Assembly: GCA_965217585.1 (NCBI GenBank)
Contig: OZ244561.1
Coordinates: 6,880,001-6,944,000 of the forward strand
Origin: Candidatus Latescibacterota bacterium
GTDB lineage: Bacteria > Latescibacterota > UBA2968 > UBA8231
Length of the DNA stretch: 64,000 nucleotides
Direction: 5' to 3'
Shown here: positions 57,774 to 64,000 of the stretch, one piece after another
Numbering within the stretch: position 1 is the first letter of the stretch
Layout of the letters: each line of letters starts with the position of its first letter
The notes under the pieces: generated by a model
What the model saw: only the letters and a program-made list of their open reading frames with translations
What the model was told of the DNA's origin: nothing
Databases searched by the model: none
Translations under genes and position numbers: made by a program

Positions 57774-58607
57774 ATGAATGAGGAACAGCGCTTTGCCTTT
57801 GACACGTGGGGCTTCCTCACGGTGGAGGATGCGATTACCCCCGAGCAGGTTGCAGACCTTAAGGCCACCGTCGATGCAAAGGGCCCAGAACTCCACTCGC
57901 AGCACGCGGACCGAGGTGGTTTCTGGTCCCAGGATTTCGTCGATTTACTGGACGTCCCGGTAATTTCGGAAATCCTAGCAGAGATCTACAGCGGCCAACG
58001 GGCCGGAGGCCTCCCCCCCTTCCGCATCGACCATATCAACGTGCACACGCACGGTACCTTCAACAAAAATCTCGCCGGGGGCACCATCCACGGCGGCAAC
58101 GGACGCTTGCTAGATCCCAATCGGCCGCATGAGCTAGTTACTCATTACTTCGCTCGCGATCCCGCAACCGGGACCTTTGCCAACGGTCTGGTCACCGTGG
58201 CGTACGAGCTGGAGGATACCGTGTGTAACGGGGGTGGGTTCGGCTGTTTGGCCGGCTCGCACAAGGGGCATTATCCCGTCCCGCAAGCGTGGGTCGATTT
58301 GTCCAAGGGCGTGCATCCGATGGTCACCCGCGTACCAGCCCGCGCCGGCAGTGCCATTATCTTCACCGAGGCCCTGTGTCACGTCACGCTGCCGTGGACG
58401 GCACCGAGCACGCGGACCACGCTCTTTTACAAATACATGGAGCGCGGGGAGACCTATTCCGGCCCGAACAACTTTTTTAGTCCAACGGACGCCGACCCAT
58501 GGCAAGGCGTGGACGAGCGCAAGCGCGCGATCTTGACGCCCCCACCGCAGGCATTTGTCGAGCGCAAGGCGGAGCTAGCTAAAAAAGCGGCGGACGCTTC
58601 GCAGTGA
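57774..58607 (+). CDS. PhyH family dioxygenase
   Basis: FDTWGFL.V, IHGG, GGFGCLAGSHK, AGSAIIFTEALCH, RTTL.YKY. Confidence 0.85.
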   Translation: MNEEQRFAFDTWGFLTVEDAITPEQVADLKATVDAKGPELHSQHADRGGFWSQDFVDLLDVPVISEILAEIYSGQRAGGLPPFRIDHINVHTHGTFNKNLAGGTIHGGNGRLLDPNRPHELVTHYFARDPATGTFANGLVTVAYELEDTVCNGGGFGCLAGSHKGHYPVPQAWVDLSKGVHPMVTRVPARAGSAIIFTEALCHVTLPWTAPSTRTTLFYKYMERGETYSGPNNFFSPTDADPWQGVDERKRAILTPPPQAFVERKAELAKKAADASQ

Positions 58608-58629
58608 TCTAGGCGAGTCGGATCGCACT

Positions 58630-59808
58630 TCACGCCACGGTTTGAAACCGCTCCCACGCTTCGCCAGCGGCAGCCGCTTGGCGCTCCAGTTCGCTGCGCC
58701 AACCTACGACTTCCCCCGCTTTAATGCGTTGGGCATCAAACCCCGCGTACCGATCCTCGAGCGTATCCCCTAACTTCTGGGTCTCGGCCCAACGGTCCCA
58801 CGCCGTCTGCATCCACTCGTGCGGCAACGCCTCTCGCACCGCGGGATCGAGTTGCCACGCATTGCGCGCGTCCGCCACCGCCGGCTCCTCGGTGAACGGC
58901 CCCGACCACTTCGACCAACCGATGGACAAGGTATTGCGCTCGCGCTCGGGGACGGTGTGCCCGGTGTGGATCGTAGCCCCATTGCGGATGAGGGCCTCCC
59001 CAGGCTTGAGCCGGATCGACACTTGGCCCGGCAACGGGTCCTTCCTATTCCAACTGGGCGTGTGCGGCACTCCTTGGTCCTTCATCGCTTGCGGCAGCAG
59101 CACATCGTGCTCAAACGGCGTGCGCCAGCGATGGTGGGTGCCGGGGATGAGTTCGTGGCACTCGTCGTCAACCAGCGCCAAGAACATGCTCACGCCGTTC
59201 CGCTCGGTGAGCGCTTTGGCGTTATTGGCGCGGATTTCTTCCCAACGGGTTCTTTCGACTTCCTCGGAATAATCCTCAGTGCCCTCCCCTCGGTCGTCCC
59301 GCTGCGAAAAGTAGGGCTTACCCGCGCCCCACCACGTCACGTCGCGGTGCCAACTCGGCCCATTATCGTGCTGCCGGGGATTGCACCACAGCAGCAGACC
59401 ACTCAGCGACATATCTTCAGGCCCAAGCCCGTCGCACCACGAGGCGACGAAATTGAGGAAATCGTCCGAGCCGTGGAACTCGGCAAAGCAAGGCTCTGCA
59501 AAAGCGGGATGGACGAGGCCCCGGATCGCCCACGGCTCATTGCCGCCCGCGCGATGCACGTAGCCCTTTGAGCAGTCGATCTTGCTGTAGCCATGCTCTG
59601 GCGCGCACGCTTCGGTGACGCGACGGCCGGCCTCGCGGAGAATGGGGATCCACGGGTTATCGACAAAGTCGGTGATGATGACGAAACCATGATCCCGCAA
59701 GTGCGCCAACCGCTCGGGCGTGGCTCCGGGAGCGGCGAGTCCGGGCTTGGAGTCGGCAAAATCTGTGGCGCGGTAGGTCTCCTGCGCCGGAGATTGATCG
59801 GTAGTCAT
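58630..59808 (-). CDS. PhyH-like dioxygenase
   Basis: LRDHGFVII, SWHRD, LIPGTH, LKPGEALIRNG.TIH.G...R.TL. Confidence 0.75.
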   Translation of the reverse strand: MTTDQSPAQETYRATDFADSKPGLAAPGATPERLAHLRDHGFVIITDFVDNPWIPILREAGRRVTEACAPEHGYSKIDCSKGYVHRAGGNEPWAIRGLVHPAFAEPCFAEFHGSDDFLNFVASWCDGLGPEDMSLSGLLLWCNPRQHDNGPSWHRDVTWWGAGKPYFSQRDDRGEGTEDYSEEVERTRWEEIRANNAKALTERNGVSMFLALVDDECHELIPGTHHRWRTPFEHDVLLPQAMKDQGVPHTPSWNRKDPLPGQVSIRLKPGEALIRNGATIHTGHTVPERERNTLSIGWSKWSGPFTEEPAVADARNAWQLDPAVREALPHEWMQTAWDRWAETQKLGDTLEDRYAGFDAQRIKAGEVVGWRSELERQAAAAGEAWERFQTVA

Positions 59809-59972
59809 TTTGTACCCTCTCTTTCGACGGATGGGAAGGTTGGCCCTGTTTCGGGCCTAAGCTACGTTTGGCCTCATTAGCTTGTCAATAATTTTAACCT
59901 CGGACGTTTTGCGGCGGCGGATCATTTCGATAACGTAGATGTATCAGGCGGACAAACCGCAAAGGCAACAGA

Positions 59973-61415
59973 ATGCACAAAATCGTCTTTCTATTCCTCC
60001 TAGTGCTATACAGCACGCCGCTCCACAGCGACGAGGTTTTGCACCAGGAAGCCGTGGAGACCATGGCCAAAGCGACGCGCTATTTTCGCGGCCAAGTGGC
60101 CACCAACGGCGGCTATCTCTGGCTCTACAAAAGCGATTTTACCCAGCGCGAAGGGGAGGGCATCGCGTCGCCGACCACCATCTGGGTACAGCCCCCGGGC
60201 ACCCCGTCGGTCGGCATGGCGTTCCTCCGAGCCTACGAAGCCACCGGCGATACCCTCTTCCTCAACGGCGCAGTCGAGGCGGCGCAAGCCCTAATCTGGG
60301 GGCAACTGGCTTCGGGCGGTTGGGATTACCGGATCGACTTTGACCCAGAGAAGAGCAAAAACTGGCATTACCGGCGCGATGTCGAACAGGGCGACCGCAC
60401 CACCGACGAACGCCGCAACCGCACCACCTTGGACGACGACAATACGCAGAGCGCCCTGCGCTTGCTCATGCGGGTCGATCAGCGCCTCGATTTTGCCGAT
60501 GCGGACCTACACCGCGCCGTCCTCTACGGACTGGAGTCCTTGCTCAAAGCCCAATACCCCAACGGCGCCTGGCCCCAGCGCTACAGCAACTGGGCCGATC
60601 ATAGTCAATTCCCCGTCGAGCAGGCGCGCTATCCGGCGAGTTGGTCCCGCCAGTACCCCAAACAGCGCTACCTCGATTACTACACTTTTAACGACAACAC
60701 CATCGCCGACATCATTGCAACCATGATCGAGGCGCACAAAACTTATGGCGACGAGCGCTTTCGTCGCGCGGCCGAACGGGGCGGCGACTTCATTATCCTA
60801 GCCCAGATGCCCGACCCGCAACCGGCTTGGGCGCAGCAGTACAATTTGGCGATGGAGCCGGCTTGGGCGCGCAAATTTGAACCGCCCGCCATCACCGGTG
60901 GCGAGAGTTTTGGCGTGATGCAAATCCTGTTGGAACTCTATCTCGCATACGGTGAGCCGCGCTTTCTCGAACCTATTCCCCGCGCCTTGGCCTGGGCTAA
61001 AGCAGCGCAATTGCCCGATGGGCGCATGGCCCGGTTCTACGAATTGAAGACCAACCGACCTCTCTATTTTACCAAAGAATACGCGCTCACCTACAGCGAT
61101 GCAGACCTGCCGACGCACTATGCCTTTAAAGTGGGCAATCCCACGGATCGCATTGAAAGCCTGTACCAGCGCATCCGCGCCGAGGGCCGCGAAGCCATCC
61201 TAGCCGAACGCGCCCAAGTGCGCCCGGTCTCTGCGGAACGGATCCAAGCCGTTATCGATGCCCTCGACGCAGAAGGCCGCTGGCTAGAAGAAGGTCGCCT
61301 GCGAAACCCCGCAGACCGCCATGCGCCCATCGTCGCCCAAGTCATCTCCTGCCGCACCTTCAACCGCAATCTCACCCTCCTATCTCAATACGTGGCCAGT
61401 CATAATCGGCCGTGA
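59973..61415 (+). CDS. Secreted pectate lyase-like protein (PL10/PelA family)
   Basis: Signal peptide; TTLDDDNTQ, AQYPNGAWPQ, TFND, WAQQY..MEP.WARKFEP, ARFYEL.TNRP. Confidence 0.8.
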   Translation: MHKIVFLFLLVLYSTPLHSDEVLHQEAVETMAKATRYFRGQVATNGGYLWLYKSDFTQREGEGIASPTTIWVQPPGTPSVGMAFLRAYEATGDTLFLNGAVEAAQALIWGQLASGGWDYRIDFDPEKSKNWHYRRDVEQGDRTTDERRNRTTLDDDNTQSALRLLMRVDQRLDFADADLHRAVLYGLESLLKAQYPNGAWPQRYSNWADHSQFPVEQARYPASWSRQYPKQRYLDYYTFNDNTIADIIATMIEAHKTYGDERFRRAAERGGDFIILAQMPDPQPAWAQQYNLAMEPAWARKFEPPAITGGESFGVMQILLELYLAYGEPRFLEPIPRALAWAKAAQLPDGRMARFYELKTNRPLYFTKEYALTYSDADLPTHYAFKVGNPTDRIESLYQRIRAEGREAILAERAQVRPVSAERIQAVIDALDAEGRWLEEGRLRNPADRHAPIVAQVISCRTFNRNLTLLSQYVASHNRP

Positions 61416-61531
61416 TACGCGCTGGCACCAGCGGTGGCTTTTGGGCCGTATAGGAAACGCGTTTGTAAAGGGGATAGCATCGGGTATATCTTATCTTTTA
61501 TCGCTCACATCTTCCAATAGAGGGAGCCGTC

Positions 61532-62557
61532 ATGAAGCGTCTGATCACAGTACTCATTCTAGGGCTAGCCAGCCTCTTGCCCGCCGTGCATCCCGCCATG
61601 GCCCAAGACCCAGAGCGCCCTAAGGTAACGGCCAGTGAGGTGGTGGACCGGGAAACATTGAAGGCTTTTGTAGAAGGAGGAAAAGAATACCTAGAGGGCG
61701 TCAGGACTCTTACCGAAACCGCGAAACTGCGGGACATCTTCAGAGCCGAGGAGGATTGGAAATCCGGCTCCACGTTCCTCGTGATACTAATCAAAAACGG
61801 TGCCGTTCTCCTGCACGGGGGCGATCCCACAATAGACAACGAATACCTGATTGATGTCGAAGACGACAAGGGCAAGAAAGTCGTGCAAGAACTCCTCGCC
61901 GCGGCCGACCGGGGCGGCGACTTTGTCGAATACTATTGGGACGATCCAGCGGTAGAAGGGGACGCCAATCCCAAGGTAAGCTACGCGGTCGGATACACCT
62001 CTGGTTTATCTGGCACGAACCTCGTCTTGGTCGGAGGCTATTATCAGGATGTGTCCAGTGTGGTCACCAAAATCCCGGAGATCGCACGCCCCGAAGTAAC
62101 GGCCAGTGAGGTGGTGGACCGGGAAACCCTGAAGACCTTTGTAGAGGCGGCGGCCCAAACCTATCGGGAGGCTATGCTTGACGACTACAGTCAGCTCACA
62201 CACGTAAAAAACGCATTCAGGCTGGAAGGGAGCGATTGGAAGTCCGGCTCCATCTACATCTTCATCATGAGCAGCGACGGTTTCGTGCTCTTTCACGGAG
62301 CCGATCCATCCCGAGAGGGCAGAATCGCGCTGGACCTCGAAGATAGCTATGGCGTCAAAATCGTAAGACGGCTCATAGATGCAGCCACCGCGGGGGGAGG
62401 CTATGTCGAGTATCACTACAATGATCCGACGGTGGAAGGAGACGAAGCCTTCGGCTCGCCCAAACTGAGCTACGCCGCAGGCTTCCACCTGTCAGACAGT
62501 GACCAACTTTTTATCGTTTGTGCCGGCATTTATCCGGATTTCGCTACGGCCGATTGA
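61532..62557 (+). CDS. Secreted tandem Cache (sCache_2-like) domain protein
   Basis: Signal peptide; two ~157-aa units (VTASEVVDRETLK.FV...WKSGS...HG.DP...D..G..GG..VEY..DP..PK.SYA); no TM or output domain. Confidence 0.78.
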   Translation: MKRLITVLILGLASLLPAVHPAMAQDPERPKVTASEVVDRETLKAFVEGGKEYLEGVRTLTETAKLRDIFRAEEDWKSGSTFLVILIKNGAVLLHGGDPTIDNEYLIDVEDDKGKKVVQELLAAADRGGDFVEYYWDDPAVEGDANPKVSYAVGYTSGLSGTNLVLVGGYYQDVSSVVTKIPEIARPEVTASEVVDRETLKTFVEAAAQTYREAMLDDYSQLTHVKNAFRLEGSDWKSGSIYIFIMSSDGFVLFHGADPSREGRIALDLEDSYGVKIVRRLIDAATAGGGYVEYHYNDPTVEGDEAFGSPKLSYAAGFHLSDSDQLFIVCAGIYPDFATAD

Positions 62558-62649
62558 AGGCCGCTCTTAGGGACAGCTCAAAAGCCGCTTTTAGCTAGTA
62601 GGACACGCATTACAGAACGTACTTAGACACACAGACGAAGGGCAGGGAT

Positions 62650-63758
62650 ATGGTAGAAGGAGCGGCGGGAAAACGAGAAGCCGATGTAGCGAGTAACGGC
62701 CTCCAGATGCCCCCCGAACAGATGCTCGATCTCGCGTGTAAAGCCGCCGAACTGGTGGTGGAGCGGATCGACGGCCTGCCCAGAGCAAATGCTTGGGAAG
62801 GAGAATTTCGGCGCGAGAAGCAGCGGGCCATCCCGAACGGATGACGGTGTACATGAGCGACCAGAGCCATAGCGCACACATCCGTGCGGCCAAGATCATC
62901 GGCGTGCGGCCGGATTGCATACGCCTGCTTCCGAGCGACGGACAGTTCCGCTTGGACATGGAGGCGCTCGTGCGCACCGTGGCTGAAGACCGCGCGGCGG
63001 GGTTCAATCCCATCGCGGTATGCGCCAACGCTGGCGCGAGCAGCACCGGGGCTATCGATCCGATCGGAGCCATGGCCGACTACTGCGAGGCGGAAGGCAT
63101 CTGGCTGCACGTCGATGCAGCGTACGGCGGCTTTGCGGTCGTGACCGATCGGGGCAAAAAGCTACTGCGCGGGATTGAGCGCGCCGATTCGATTGGACTG
63201 GATGCGCACAAATGGTTCTTCCAGCCTTATGAGGCCGGCTGCCTACTGGTGAAGGACCTGAGCACGCTTGAGAACGCTTTCGGCGTTCACCACGACATTC
63301 TCCAAGACACGATATGGGGCGCGAACCACCCGAACCTTTCGGATCGCGGCCTACAACTGAGCCGCTCGGTGCGGGCGTTGAAGATCTGGATGTCGGTCCA
63401 GACTTTTGGAATGGCTGCGTTCCGGCAGGCCGTGTCAAAGGGAATGGAACTGGCCGACCGGGCCGAGGAATACGTCCAAGCGAGCCAAACCCTAGAGATG
63501 TTGACCCCCGCGTCGCTGAGCATCGTGTGCTTCCGGGTCAACCCCGCCGACGCGGACCTCGACGAGGAAGCCCTCGAAGAAGTCAACAGGACAGTGCTCG
63601 CCCACGTCTTTTGGGACGACGACGCCTTCGTATCATCAACCCTTCTGCATGGAAAGTTTTCGCTGCGGATGTGCATCGTCAATCACACTACGACTTGGGA
63701 CGATGTGCGCGAGACCTTGGAAGCTATCGAGCGGTTCGGGCGGGAGGCGTTAGCTTAG
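62650..63758 (+). pseudogene. Group II PLP-dependent (aromatic L-amino acid) decarboxylase with internal deletion and frameshift
   Basis: N-terminus (M..EQML.L....AELVVE.I...WEGEFR) jumps at ~62810 into another frame at AREAAG..YMSDQSH; then AGASSTGAIDP, HVDAAYGG, DAHKW. The HP.F..GG..AN segment is missing. Confidence 0.8.
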
Positions 63759-63815
63759 GAAGCCGTTTGAAAATTCGTAGTGCCGAGCAACCGCCGGAGA
63801 TTTTCAGACGGCTTC
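63759..63815. repeat. 16-bp inverted repeat (MITE/IS-end-like or terminator)
   Basis: gaagccgtttgaaaat (63759-63774) / attttcagacggcttc (63800-63815), 15/16. Confidence 0.65.
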
Positions 63816-63862
63816 TCCATTCGCTGCGCCGCAAACGCTAGACGACAATAAGAGGAGATTCC

Positions 63863-64000
63863 ATGCCACCGCTTTCCACCCGCGTCACCGCCACGCTAGC
63901 CAATGCGTTGGAACGGCGCAGCATCACCTTCGAGTACCAACAAACGCCCATCTACCATAAGCCCGTTACCATCGAAGCTCCGCTCGACGAAAAGGGCGGC
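63863..64000 (+). CDS. Hypothetical protein, 5' fragment running off the window
   Basis: GAGGAG RBS, ATG 63863, open to the edge: MPPLSTRVTATLANALERRSITFEYQQTPIYHKPVTIEAPLDEKGG. Confidence 0.6.
   Translation, partial: MPPLSTRVTATLANALERRSITFEYQQTPIYHKPVTIEAPLDEKGG

Overview
GC-rich bacterial chromosome segment with about 55 genes. I found no rRNA, tRNA or CRISPR array. Gene content includes four Gfo/Idh/MocA oxidoreductases, several PhyH/2OG oxygenases, a DUF6785-type membrane protein, secreted proteins with FlgD-Ig/CHU_C-type C-terminal domains, a TonB receptor, and TPR and Cache proteins. This resembles Latescibacterota/Gemmatimonadota-like or Poribacteria-like (often sponge-associated) genomes, which is inference only. 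The backbone is sugar and sugar-acid catabolism, a CP-ATP-grasp/alpha-E/transglutaminase operon and a putative membrane-lipid operon. It is interrupted by small accessory islets: a DUF262/GmrSD-type gene at the left edge (missed by the ORF track), a decayed EEP nuclease plus partner, a split TPR protein, an intact IS903-group IS5 element with a 9-bp target duplication in front of an AT-rich Calx-beta lipoprotein gene, and two toxin-antitoxin pairs. The most notable signals are these. (i) Two integrase-free 1.2-2 kb defence/TA-type cassettes are each bracketed by a slightly diverged direct copy of a host gene's stop-codon region. (ii) A Tat-exported binding protein, an output-less HAMP sensor and an MFS transporter form a module behind a structured ~160-nt leader. 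(iii) An ECF sigma factor carries a ~390-aa extension. (iv) A TPR array varies mainly in one 5-residue block. Several genes are pseudogenised.
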